Below are positions 38,149 through 47,913 of a DNA stretch of 64,000 nt, in pieces. Position 1 is the stretch's first letter. Each line of letters opens with the position of its first letter. A program made the translations under genes and the position numbers. The notes beneath the pieces are model-generated. The model searched no databases and was not told where the DNA came from. It worked only from the letters and a program-made list of their open reading frames with translations. The stretch spans positions 64,001 to 128,000 of the forward strand of contig JBMNJG010000011.1 of NCBI GenBank assembly GCA_050951545.1, given 5' to 3'. The DNA comes from Limnochordia bacterium (lineage in GTDB: Bacteria; Bacillota; Limnochordia; DTU080).

Positions 38149-39588
38149 TCAACAAGAAGCGGGCGTCGTAGCGCAGACATGCCTAGCTACGTGGATTCCT
38201 GAAGCGGAGGCCTGGGCTAGGCTGCGTGTGATACCTGCGCCGTCGCCAATGGCGTATAGCCCTGCAATGGCCGTCTCGAGGCTGCGAGTGAGCCGGGGGC
38301 GAGCGCTGTAGAGTTTGGCTTCGACGCCGTAGAAAAGCGTGTGTTCGGAGGCGATGCCGGGGGTCACCTTATTCAGCGCTTGTATCATCTCCAACAGTGC
38401 TTTCATGGTGTTGTAGGGAAGAACGAGTCCCAGATCTCCGGGAACCGCCTCCTTGAGGGTTGGCTCTATGAAGCCTTCCTGGATACGTTTCACGGTCGAA
38501 CGGCGACTGCGCAGGATATCACCACATTTTTGTACGATCACCGATCCGTTGGAGAGATCGTTGGCCCTTCGGCTGATCTCTTTCGCGTATTCAATCGGCT
38601 TGTCGAAGGGTTCCGTAAAGACGTGGGAAACCAGGAGGGCGAAGTTGGTATTGGGGCTTCCCAGACTTGGGTCATGAAAAGCATGTCCATTTGCCGTCAT
38701 GACACCCGAGTGGTTTTCGATGACGACATGACCGCTTGGATTGGAGCAGAAGGTGCGGACCCGTGTGCCCACCGAGGAGTTGAAGATGAACTTCGCCTCG
38801 TAAAGGTACTCGTTGAGCTCGTGCATGATCACATTGGTGGTTTCCACGCGCACCCCAATATCCACTTGGTTGCTGCTCATCGTCAATCCATGCGATTTGA
38901 GCACACTGGACAGCCACTCAGCGCCGTCACGGCCGGGGGCCAGGATGACCTTCTCCGCGAGCAGCTCCTCTCCGTCGGTAAGAATGACACCTTTGATCAC
39001 GTCATTGTGTTCCCGGTTTTCCACGAGGATGTCTTGGACCTGAGTTCTAAAGCGGATCTCGACGCGCTGACTCAGGGTCTCATAGAGGTTTTTCAGGATC
39101 TTGAGGTTCTCCTCGGTTCCCAGATGTCTGACGCGTGCCTTGAGCAGCTTGAGTCCTGCAGAGGCGGCGCGGCGTTCTATGGAGGCTACTTCTGGGGTGT
39201 CAGGGTTGGTAGCGGACGTGGTGGCACCGTGATCCAGGTTGATCCGATCTGCGTACTCGATGAGCTGGAGCACTTTCGATGGGGCCATGTACTCCTGCAG
39301 CCAGCCTCCAAACTGCGTGGTGAGGTTGAACTTACCATCGCTGTAGGCGCCTGCGCCTCCCCAACCCGTGGTAATGGAGCAGGCCGGAACACATCCCGCA
39401 TACTCTTTGCCGTTGACTGCAGGGGGACACTTGCTCGTTTTGCCATCGAGGATCGGGCAACTCCGACTCTCGAGGCGGCGTCCTTTTTCAAGGATCAGTA
39501 CCCTAAGACGTGGATTGAGGAGCGTCAGCTCATAGGCGGCGAAAATGGAAGCTGGTCCAGCTCCGACAATGATGACGTCGTATGACAT
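38149..39588 (-). CDS. FAD-dependent oxidoreductase (COG2509-like)
   Basis: IVGAGPA, GGAGAYSDGK, DIGVRVE, RTFCSNP and GDGAGITRSL motifs. Confidence 0.9.
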   Translation of the reverse strand: MSYDVIIVGAGPASIFAAYELTLLNPRLRVLILEKGRRLESRSCPILDGKTSKCPPAVNGKEYAGCVPACSITTGWGGAGAYSDGKFNLTTQFGGWLQEYMAPSKVLQLIEYADRINLDHGATTSATNPDTPEVASIERRAASAGLKLLKARVRHLGTEENLKILKNLYETLSQRVEIRFRTQVQDILVENREHNDVIKGVILTDGEELLAEKVILAPGRDGAEWLSSVLKSHGLTMSSNQVDIGVRVETTNVIMHELNEYLYEAKFIFNSSVGTRVRTFCSNPSGHVVIENHSGVMTANGHAFHDPSLGSPNTNFALLVSHVFTEPFDKPIEYAKEISRRANDLSNGSVIVQKCGDILRSRRSTVKRIQEGFIEPTLKEAVPGDLGLVLPYNTMKALLEMIQALNKVTPGIASEHTLFYGVEAKLYSARPRLTRSLETAIAGLYAIGDGAGITRSLAQASASGIHVARHVCATTPASC

Positions 39589-39593
39589 GTAAG

Positions 39594-40076
39594 TCACCTT
39601 CTTGGTATAGCGTAGCGGTTTAGTATAGGCACTATCCGCTCAAGACCCACGGCGTCGTCAGAGCAAAAGCGCGCTGGTATCGGACTATCTACATCGAGCA
39701 CACCGATCAGGCTTTCACCGGAGATCCAGGGCATGACAAGCTCGGAGCGCGACGCCACATCACAGGCGATATGCCCGGGAAAGCGATGCACATCTGACAC
39801 CACAATGGTTTGTCGTGTCTGGGCGGCAGTGCCACAGACCCCCCGCCCCAGCGGAATGCGTACACAAGCTGGCTTTCCCTGGAAGGGCCCCAACACGAGC
39901 TCTTCGCCTTGCATCAGGTAGAACCCGACCCAATTGGTCTCAGCCAACTCATGATACAGCAAGGCAGCCGCATTCGCCAGATTGGCTAGCCAGTCGCTTT
40001 CGGAGCCTATCAGAGCCTCGAGATGCGCCGCGAGTGTCTCGTAGAACGCCGCTGTAACTCTCCTACGTTCCGACAT
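39594..40076 (-). CDS. msrC: GAF-domain free methionine-(R)-sulfoxide reductase
   Basis: NWVGFYL..LVLGPFQGKPACVRIPLGRGVCGTA..FPGHIACD..SELVMP..VLDVDSP. Confidence 0.9.
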   Translation of the reverse strand: MSERRRVTAAFYETLAAHLEALIGSESDWLANLANAAALLYHELAETNWVGFYLMQGEELVLGPFQGKPACVRIPLGRGVCGTAAQTRQTIVVSDVHRFPGHIACDVASRSELVMPWISGESLIGVLDVDSPIPARFCSDDAVGLERIVPILNRYAIPRR

Positions 40077-40363
40077 AGATGCTGACCTCCCGGTAAATCG
40101 TGTTACGCCGTGCGGGTATGTCGGCAGCTGCTCCCAGTGGTCACCGTCTGTTACAGAGTCACTACCTGCCGACAATGCGCACCCTCTCTTCATGATCCCT
40201 TCGCCGCATAGGTCTTGTACCCTGGGAGAGAGAAGTCACACTGAGGCTTGACGTTACACCCGTGGTGTTTTCCTACGTGCAGACAGGTATTTCCCGACAT
40301 TGTGCGAAGAGATCTATTATAATCGCATGTTACTCGAAAAACATCTCGCGAGGAGTGGGCATC

Positions 40364-43300
40364 GTGGCTAAGTGGTCCTTTGCTGGATTCCAGCGATGGT
40401 ATGTGCAGACGCTCAACGATGAGGAGGTGAGCGCTGCCCTGGCTGAACTGGACCCTCCACCCAGGGGATTGGGGGAAGCCTCCCCTCAAAAGCGACGGGA
40501 GATGCTTCTCAGGCTCTGGCGCAAGCATCCCCAGGCGAGTGTTACCATAGGCTGCTATCTGGGCTCAGTTTGTGCCGGGCTACGCGAGGCTCTTAGGCCG
40601 TGCACCGTGGACGGTATTCGTTCGCGTCTTGACGATCTTGTCGAGACGCATGGGGTAAGAGACCTAGCCTGCGCACTCTTCATCGACACGTCAGAATACC
40701 ACCGCGAGTTGGGGGCGGAGGTCTTGACTCGGTGGGGCGACATGGCTGTTCGTCCAGCATCGGCAGAGGCCGAAATAGCCACGGCGCAAGAAGAGATGTC
40801 GCCAGTTTTCTCCGCAGACCAGGCGAAAGCCCAGCTCTCGAGGATTGCCTCTTGGCTGCAGGGGGCACCGCCGGGGGCTGTTGCTGAGGAAGCATTCGTG
40901 GCGGCCCTTAGTGCGGTGCAAAGTGCCTGGAAAAGCTACACACAACGTTCAGTTGCCAGGCAGGTGCATATTGAGGCCTTGCGAGGATGCCTGAAACGAC
41001 TCACCAAAGACCTAGCCGCCGAGGTGGCTTACTTTGAGTTGGCAGACGTATTGCCGCTGGAGATAGCGACCTACCTTGCGGGCACGTTGGATCTCGAAGA
41101 GGCGAGTCGGCGGATGCAGACGATCTGCCTGCACTGTGAAGCTGCCAGCGAGTTGCGGCAACAGTTAGGAGTAACCATAGGGCGCGACCAGGCGATCGCC
41201 GCCCGCCTGCGCGAAATCGGGGAGCAGATCCAAACGATTGCTGGAGCCCTGTGCAAAGGCCTGGCCGGCACGCCCTCCAGTACGCACTCAGATATACCCG
41301 AGCCACCTGAGCCACCTGAGCCACCTGAGCCACCTGAGCCACCTGAGCCACCTGAGCCACCTGAGCCACCTGAGCCACCTGAGCCACCTGAGCCACCTGA
41401 GCCACCTGAGCCACCTGAGCCACCTGAGCCACCTGAGCCACCTGAGCCACCTGAGCCACCTGAGCCACCTGAGCCGCCCGAGCCGCCCGAGCCACCCGAG
41501 CCGCCCGAGCCGCCCGAGCCGCCCGAGCCGCCCGAGCCGCCCGAGCCGCCCAGCCCGCGAGCAGAACAGTTCTGGGGAGCTATAGAGCGTTCAGATTTCG
41601 CTCTGGCCTATTGGTTGGCCAGGGAGCACGAAGATGGGGGAGGGGAGGCCGGACAGCTACTGCCGTCTTGGTTCGTGATGGCCTTGGGTATCGGTGTTCA
41701 GGGTGATCTTTCACAGGTTCAGATGCAGGAAAGATGGCGCGACATTGCCTATGCACACCCGGATCCTTTGCTCGACCTTCACGGCTACTGGGGAGAGTCC
41801 GCAGTAGCTCAGCTGGCCACTGCGGCAAGTCTGCGCCCAGCATTGCTGGCTCCCGAAAGTGGCGCTGTTGGGTGGCTACGCGAGGTGCAGGAAGAGCTGA
41901 GTCCTGCGAATGCTTCGGGCGAACTTCTTCACGCGGTGGTGGAGTTCGCCCAGCGAGGCGTGGCTTTCGACCCCACGCGACTGGCGGGCTCCTTGGCGGA
42001 CGAAACGCGCCGCAAGCGATTGGCAGACGTTGCGCGAGAGATGCATGAGTGGCGGGAGCAGACTACACAGGCAAAAACGGCCTATGCCACCGCCACACGA
42101 GTGATGAAACACCTTGCTTCATCTGCAAGTGAGACGGGAGCGGTCGTGGAGGCCGTCTTGGCGGGAGACCCCAACGCGGGGGAGGCTGCGCGGCAGCTTC
42201 TCGCACGGCGTCTTGCCAGCGAACGGCTGATGAAAGACTATGTGAGCGCGGCTACCTCGGTGGGCCGCGGCCCTCAGGGCAAGGCCAAGGAGATCCGTGG
42301 GCAACCCCTTGATCAAATTCTGCGGCGTCTCGAGCATCTGCAGAACATCCTTGAGCGTTGGTTGCGTCTCACACGCGTTGGGCAGGAGAGCAGTGATGAT
42401 TGGCGCACGCGAGAAGCCGTTGCCCTTCGCGAGCGTTTCATGCGAGCCTGGCCGCAAGTCGAGCAAGAACCCATGACCGGGCCGGGTGGTGATGGTGACG
42501 AGGTTGCTTGCGTGATGCGGGCCGTACCCACGATAGTAAGGACTCTTGCGGCGGTAGCTCAGGAGCTCTTTTTTGGTCCCGATGGCGGTACTGTGAGCGA
42601 GCAGGGCTGCTGGCAGGAGGCCCTGAGACGTCCACTCCTGCTGATTAGCCCGCCACCGGCCCACGTGACTGATCCCTGGAGCCCCGAAGCATTTCGGCCG
42701 CAAGTCTCGCTTCTATCTGCAGTGCTCGAGGGTCGGACGCTTCGACAAGCATTTGATTTGCATCTTGACAGCGGATACCCGGAAGTGGCTGAGATGGTGC
42801 TGACTGAGCTCGAACGGGTCATTCCGGAAGAGAGCGAGCTTCTGCATGACCTTGTGGTGGCCGCCACAACTAAGGCAGAGCGGGCCTTGGCCGCCCGGCT
42901 AGAGGAAGTCCATCTGCAAGTGGAACGGGGATTCTTCGACCACAGTATTGGTGTTGAGGATTACTCGCATCTGCAGGGACGCCTACTCTCCGCTGAACAG
43001 GAAGCGAGCAACGGTAGGCGTCATTTTTCGGAGATCATGCAGGAGGTCTGCAGTGTCGAAGGTGAGATCGCCAGCCTACGTCACCGACGGGAACAGTCGC
43101 TGAGAGACTTGCTTACTCAGATTCGGGAGGAGTTGGGGGGTGGGGAAGGCCCCACTCTCGCCGAGGACGAAACCCGTTTGCGCTGTGTGGAGAAAGCTGA
43201 GGAGGCCTTGGTGAGTGGTGACCTGCCCCGAGCAGACGAGTACCTAACCTACGCTGAGATAGGGGGCGCACCGAGTCAGTCGGAGGATCTTGAGGACAGC

Positions 43301-46102
43301 AGCGTGGTAGAGCAGTTCTGCGCTGTGCAGGAGGACATTCAGCAGGCATTGCAGCGCCACGGCGAGAAGCTCGTCAATATGCTCAAGAACCGCAAGCGCG
43401 GTTTGGGGATCGACATGGGTCAGGTGCCGGGGGCCCGGGATTCTGAGATTGACGATGGACTCAGGGCCTACTGGTGGATCAAACGGCAGGATACGCTGAC
43501 AGCGAGCGGCATGATGCGGCGCAACATTACGCAAGTGCTCACATACTTGGGCTTTCATGAACCTAATGTCAGTATGAAGAGGATCGAAGAGCAGGCCGCA
43601 CATTTCGCGGCAACCATGAAGGCTGGTACGCTTTCGCCACTTCCGGAGTGGGGCTCTCTATGTCGGGATCACTACGATGTGGTCTTGGCGCGTGATCGCC
43701 CGAGTGCGGAGATGCTCGCTCAGGCGATCACCAGGTTTGGGCTGAGTGCCTCCAATCCGATTATCCTGTTCTTCGGGCGCCTCACCCAGCTGCAGCGAGA
43801 GGAATGGAGTGCCTACTGTCGGCAGCACAAGATGAGCGCTCTACTCATCGACGAGGTACTTCTCCACTTTTTGGCCTCGCGGCGCCAGACTCGGCTTCCT
43901 GCCGCTATCAGCTGCGGGGTTACTTGGGGCTACGCCAACCCCTATCGCTCCTCTGGGGCCATACCACCCGAGATCTTCAAGGGTCGCCACCATATGGTGG
44001 TCGACATAGCGAAGCCGATGGGGACATCACTTGTGTACGGTGGCCGCCAGTTTGGCAAGTCGGCACTGTTGCGGACAGTACAGCGCACCTACCATTGCCC
44101 TGAGCAGGGCGTTTTCGTCCTTTACGAGGATATCAAGACGTTGGGCGATCCGGAGGGTCATCACCTTGCCCGCGACATCTGGGTGAGACTACGTGATGAC
44201 TTGGCGACGGCTAGGATAGTGCAGCCGACTGCCAGCGAGTCACCGGACGCGTTGGGCAGACGCGTTCTGGATGTGCTCGAGCAAAAGCCGACGATGCGCA
44301 TTCTAGTCCTGCTCGACGAGGCAGACAGCTTCCTTCAGGCAGATGCCAAGGAGAATTTCCCCGAAGTACATGAGCTCAGGCGGATCATCGACGCTAGCCA
44401 AGGGCGGTTCAAAGTGGTCTTTTGTGGCTTGCACAGTGTGCAGCGTTTCTGTGCACGGCCGAACCATCCGTTCGCCCAGCTAGGGAACGAACTGGTGGTG
44501 GGGCCACTGGAGCCGCGCGCCGCCTTGGAACTCATCCAGGGGCCGATGGCGGCCATCGGTTTCGCGCTTGGTGAGGATGTCGCTCTACGCATCCTATGCT
44601 ACACGAACTATCACCCAGCCCTTATCCAGCAGTTCTGCTTGGAGCTGGTTACTCTTGTGCGTCAACGTCTCGATAGGCCGCCCTATGTCGTGACCATGGC
44701 CGATGTAGAAGCTGTGTACCGCAAGGCTGAAGTGCGCGGCTTTATGCGGGAGCGTTTTGAGTGGACGCTCAGACTCGATGAACGATATACGGCTATGGTC
44801 TACGCCATGGTCGCAGCCCAGTTCGAGGACATGGATGGTTATCGCCGGGAGTTCACTACGGGAGAGGCACTGGAAATCGCCAAGTCTCACTGGCCCGCAG
44901 GCTTTGCCTATCGGCAACTGGACGAGGCGAAGTCACTGCTTGATGAGCTGGTGGGTTTGGGAGTGCTTGTTCGTCGGGACAACGGAAAGTACCGGCTTCG
45001 GAATGGCAATGTGGCTCGTCTGCTGGGGGCGCAGGATGAGATCAGGGACAAGCTCGAGCAACTGGCTACAAAACCAGCCCCTGTGGAGTTTGACCCGGAT
45101 CAGACTCGCTTTGTTATCAGCGAAGAGGGCGAAAGGCGCAGCCCCCTCACACAGAAACAGGCTGGCGAGCTGACGCGTCCTCGGTCGGGTGTTGGGTTAG
45201 TCTTCGGCAGTGAGGCACTGCATCGCTCAGGCGTATTGGATGCCTTGGGGGTTGTGATGCGTGTCGCGCGTCGCGATGGGCAGATCATCACTACCGCTAG
45301 CCGGTTGAGTCCTCACGTGTCTAGCCTTCGAGAGGTGGAGGGCCAGCTGCAGTTACAGCGAGCAAAAAAGGCTGGTCGCTATCTGCTATACGCACCGGCC
45401 AACCATCTGGCCCTGACTCAGGAAGGTTTGCATACCAGTGTGGCCGAGATCAATCGAGTGCTGAGCAAGTACAAGAGCCGCCAGCGTTCTGTTCGCTTCA
45501 TCGTCTCATTTGGAGCGGCGGACTTGTATCGCTGGCTCATTGAGGAGTCGGGCGCCTGGGAGGGGATCGAAAACACTGTAGATGCCACGGCGGTCATTGC
45601 CCGCTGGAGTCGGCAGATGGTTGAAAAACTCCTTGAGAGCAAGGAGGTTCCCTGCACCGATCTGATCGTTGACGATGTTATGGCGATCACAGGAGGCTGG
45701 CCCTGGCTCCTCTTTCATTTCCGGCAGGGCGTCGATGCTGAACGAGACAAGGGTCACGCACCCGATCCCCGTCGGGTGGCCCGACAGCTACGCGAGAGGC
45801 TGCAGGATGACTCTGAGTTGCGGGCGGCCTTTGTCGATGCCCTGGAGGTAGATGATGTCCCCTATGGGGCAGCTCTTCTACATCTCATCCAGAGTCTAGA
45901 GCCGATAGAGTGGGATGATATCCCCTACCTCTTAGAGACCAGCGGGGAGCCGACAGTCCAGAACCTGCCTCTCCCAGAGGCGAGGGCCGCGGTGCAGACC
46001 CTGGCGCGCACGGGCCTGTTGGATGAAGGTGAAGATGGGCTACGCGTAGAGCCCGTGGCAGCTGCGGTAGTACTCCAGGAGGCGGTGGCCAGTCGTGCAT
46101 GA
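40364..46102 (+). CDS. Giant STAND-class P-loop NTPase (~1900 aa) with EPP repeat linker and degenerate second STAND module
   Basis: NPY..G...F.GR, Walker A YGGRQFGKS (44036), Walker B LVLLDEAD, TNYHPALIQ, winged-helix-like LDELVGLGVL; C-terminal VFGSEALH..TGGWP..LARTGLL. GTG start behind AGGAG. Confidence 0.85.
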   Translation: MAKWSFAGFQRWYVQTLNDEEVSAALAELDPPPRGLGEASPQKRREMLLRLWRKHPQASVTIGCYLGSVCAGLREALRPCTVDGIRSRLDDLVETHGVRDLACALFIDTSEYHRELGAEVLTRWGDMAVRPASAEAEIATAQEEMSPVFSADQAKAQLSRIASWLQGAPPGAVAEEAFVAALSAVQSAWKSYTQRSVARQVHIEALRGCLKRLTKDLAAEVAYFELADVLPLEIATYLAGTLDLEEASRRMQTICLHCEAASELRQQLGVTIGRDQAIAARLREIGEQIQTIAGALCKGLAGTPSSTHSDIPEPPEPPEPPEPPEPPEPPEPPEPPEPPEPPEPPEPPEPPEPPEPPEPPEPPEPPEPPEPPEPPEPPEPPEPPEPPEPPEPPEPPSPRAEQFWGAIERSDFALAYWLAREHEDGGGEAGQLLPSWFVMALGIGVQGDLSQVQMQERWRDIAYAHPDPLLDLHGYWGESAVAQLATAASLRPALLAPESGAVGWLREVQEELSPANASGELLHAVVEFAQRGVAFDPTRLAGSLADETRRKRLADVAREMHEWREQTTQAKTAYATATRVMKHLASSASETGAVVEAVLAGDPNAGEAARQLLARRLASERLMKDYVSAATSVGRGPQGKAKEIRGQPLDQILRRLEHLQNILERWLRLTRVGQESSDDWRTREAVALRERFMRAWPQVEQEPMTGPGGDGDEVACVMRAVPTIVRTLAAVAQELFFGPDGGTVSEQGCWQEALRRPLLLISPPPAHVTDPWSPEAFRPQVSLLSAVLEGRTLRQAFDLHLDSGYPEVAEMVLTELERVIPEESELLHDLVVAATTKAERALAARLEEVHLQVERGFFDHSIGVEDYSHLQGRLLSAEQEASNGRRHFSEIMQEVCSVEGEIASLRHRREQSLRDLLTQIREELGGGEGPTLAEDETRLRCVEKAEEALVSGDLPRADEYLTYAEIGGAPSQSEDLEDSSVVEQFCAVQEDIQQALQRHGEKLVNMLKNRKRGLGIDMGQVPGARDSEIDDGLRAYWWIKRQDTLTASGMMRRNITQVLTYLGFHEPNVSMKRIEEQAAHFAATMKAGTLSPLPEWGSLCRDHYDVVLARDRPSAEMLAQAITRFGLSASNPIILFFGRLTQLQREEWSAYCRQHKMSALLIDEVLLHFLASRRQTRLPAAISCGVTWGYANPYRSSGAIPPEIFKGRHHMVVDIAKPMGTSLVYGGRQFGKSALLRTVQRTYHCPEQGVFVLYEDIKTLGDPEGHHLARDIWVRLRDDLATARIVQPTASESPDALGRRVLDVLEQKPTMRILVLLDEADSFLQADAKENFPEVHELRRIIDASQGRFKVVFCGLHSVQRFCARPNHPFAQLGNELVVGPLEPRAALELIQGPMAAIGFALGEDVALRILCYTNYHPALIQQFCLELVTLVRQRLDRPPYVVTMADVEAVYRKAEVRGFMRERFEWTLRLDERYTAMVYAMVAAQFEDMDGYRREFTTGEALEIAKSHWPAGFAYRQLDEAKSLLDELVGLGVLVRRDNGKYRLRNGNVARLLGAQDEIRDKLEQLATKPAPVEFDPDQTRFVISEEGERRSPLTQKQAGELTRPRSGVGLVFGSEALHRSGVLDALGVVMRVARRDGQIITTASRLSPHVSSLREVEGQLQLQRAKKAGRYLLYAPANHLALTQEGLHTSVAEINRVLSKYKSRQRSVRFIVSFGAADLYRWLIEESGAWEGIENTVDATAVIARWSRQMVEKLLESKEVPCTDLIVDDVMAITGGWPWLLFHFRQGVDAERDKGHAPDPRRVARQLRERLQDDSELRAAFVDALEVDDVPYGAALLHLIQSLEPIEWDDIPYLLETSGEPTVQNLPLPEARAAVQTLARTGLLDEGEDGLRVEPVAAAVVLQEAVASRA
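41300..41551 (+). repeat. Coding 9-bp VNTR encoding (EPP)28
   Basis: 19 perfect GAGCCACCT units (41300-41470) followed by 9 GAGCCRCCC units (41471-41551). Confidence 0.97.
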
Positions 46103-47330
46103 TCTGCACTTGGCCGCTCTTCGTTTACCAGAGCCTCAGCGGCGTTGCCAGCAACTCGCCGATGAGCTTATCCAGGGACGTAGTGTAGTGTGGGTAATGC
46201 CCCGCGATACCGAAAGTGCAACCATGTTAGGTTCAGTTTTGCAGCGTTGCAGACAGAGTGGACTTCTGCGCTATGAGCAGTTCGATCTCATTTCCGGATG
46301 CGGGGACTCACCAGCCATTCAAGTTGCTGATCGATGGGGGCTCGCGGATAGCATTTCGCCAAGTCGTCTCTACCGCGAGCTACATACCTCACAGGCGCTT
46401 CCCGAGTTGCTCGTGCTCGAGGGTCTGGCCCAGTTGCCCGAGGCGGATGTCGCAGCGTGGGTACGCTTCGTCCGCGCTTGGGTGGACGCTGCTCGTACGG
46501 TTGGCTCGGCGACGACCCCAAAAGCGCTCTTGGTGCCCGTGGACTCGTGGGAGATCGCAGTGCAATTTTCAGCCGACACCTACTTGGCGATCTCGTGGCT
46601 GTGGGGTTGGGTGGGCGTGCCGGAGGTAATGCTCCTGGCTCGCAGTCTGAGTCGGGAGAGGGGCTTGGCGCCGGATGCGTCTCTTTGGGTGCAAAGTGTG
46701 TACACCCACTTAGCTGGTGGTGACATCGAGTGCTTAGCCTGGCTTGTGGATCGAGGTGCGCCGCCCATCCAGGATGACAGAGTCCATGCCCTGCTGGTGG
46801 AGTATGCTGAACATAAGGGGTGGGGGAAGCATCTGCTCAATGGGCAGAGGAGGATTGCCGCCACTTCGAGTCCTTATCAGAGGTTGGCTCCGCCGGAGTC
46901 CTTGCGGCCTCTTTGGCATGTTGGGGCTGTGGACGATAACGATGGGCACCCCAAGTTCCACGCCGCCTTGCTTGCGGCGGCAGGTCGGAGGCGAGACATT
47001 CGCTGCCAAGTGTGGGCTGCGCAGGCGAGTTGCTTGCTTCCCCTGATGGATCGCTGGCGACTTAACGCCTGTGATAAATTGGCCAGTACCTACTCCGATT
47101 GGTCCAGAGCCTGCGCCCAGGACGAGCTAGCGACGGCAGTATCGGGTGGAGCTACTGCAGTGGAGTTTGCTGACATGGACAACTTCCTGGCGAACCCTCG
47201 TCTGCGTCCGCCAGCGGATCGTGAGCTGAAGCGTCGCACGACAAGGTTACGCCACCGGCGCAATCAGCTTGCGCACTGCGTGCCGTTGTCGTGGGAGGAG
47301 TTTCAGGAAGTCTGCACAGACTGCAGATGA
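46095..47330 (+). CDS. Partner protein: degenerate P-loop/STAND-like N-terminus and C-terminal HEPN-like RNxxxH motif
   Basis: 8-bp overlap with the giant ATPase; GRSVVWVMP, LLVLEGL and LAGGD; C-terminal helix LRHRRNQLAHC (47259-47276). Confidence 0.65.
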   Translation: MHDLHLAALRLPEPQRRCQQLADELIQGRSVVWVMPRDTESATMLGSVLQRCRQSGLLRYEQFDLISGCGDSPAIQVADRWGLADSISPSRLYRELHTSQALPELLVLEGLAQLPEADVAAWVRFVRAWVDAARTVGSATTPKALLVPVDSWEIAVQFSADTYLAISWLWGWVGVPEVMLLARSLSRERGLAPDASLWVQSVYTHLAGGDIECLAWLVDRGAPPIQDDRVHALLVEYAEHKGWGKHLLNGQRRIAATSSPYQRLAPPESLRPLWHVGAVDDNDGHPKFHAALLAAAGRRRDIRCQVWAAQASCLLPLMDRWRLNACDKLASTYSDWSRACAQDELATAVSGGATAVEFADMDNFLANPRLRPPADRELKRRTTRLRHRRNQLAHCVPLSWEEFQEVCTDCR

Positions 47331-47737
47331 TCAGATGCCAGTGCCGCTAGAGGTTGCCAGAAGCGTGTCTTTTTCAGGTTGATTGGTCGTCCATCTCGGT
47401 TTACAAACGCGTGCCGGGTGCTGCCCGTAGCGATAGTCGTAGAGTCCTCGCTCCGTACCACATAGTCCATCTTGAGGCGTACAGGAGTCAGGTGCCGGAG
47501 AATAGCTTTCACTTCCACCAGCTGATCGTAGTAGGCAGGGCGCAGGAACTGGCACTCCATGTGGGTCACCATGATCAGCACCCCTTCAGCCTCAAAAGAG
47601 GAGTAGGGGAGGTTGATGTTGCGGAAAAAGGCACTCCTTGCCGCCTCGAACCATATTGGGTAGACGGCGTGGTGAACCACTCCCATCTGGTCAGTCTCGG
47701 CGTAGCGGACACGGACCTGAATGCAGTGTGGGCGCAA
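47303..47737 (-). CDS. Acyl-CoA thioesterase (YbgC/FadM hot-dog fold)
   Basis: RVRYAETDQMGVVHHAVYPIWFEAAR. Confidence 0.93.
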   Translation of the reverse strand: MRPHCIQVRVRYAETDQMGVVHHAVYPIWFEAARSAFFRNINLPYSSFEAEGVLIMVTHMECQFLRPAYYDQLVEVKAILRHLTPVRLKMDYVVRSEDSTTIATGSTRHAFVNRDGRPINLKKTRFWQPLAALASDHLQSVQTS

Positions 47738-47913
47738 GGTATGTCAGCTCCTAGAATGGCGTCGGTCTTTTCCATGCGTGATCGCAGACCAAGAAGTGTT
47801 TGATGTCTACTGCTAGAATACCTTCGCAGTCAAGCTTCAGTCAATCAGTTGCGGCGGGCTGTGTGATAGAATTGAATCTAAGGGCATCAGTCCTTGGAAA
47901 GGGTGAGTGGTAG

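Noticed and set aside
38341-39585. 414-aa plus-strand ORF
   Set aside because: Antisense to a well-conserved oxidoreductase; no motifs; typical of high-GC codon bias.
41001-41585. (AQV)n and (HLS)n repeat ORFs, or a CRISPR array
   Set aside because: These are alternative frames of the 9-bp VNTR with no spacers. No CRISPR array or cas genes were seen in the window.
40364-47330. Assignment to Avs, BREX, Druantia or Dpd systems
   Set aside because: No C-terminal TPR sensor, PglX/PglZ, DUF1998 helicase or dpd genes were recognised in the locus.
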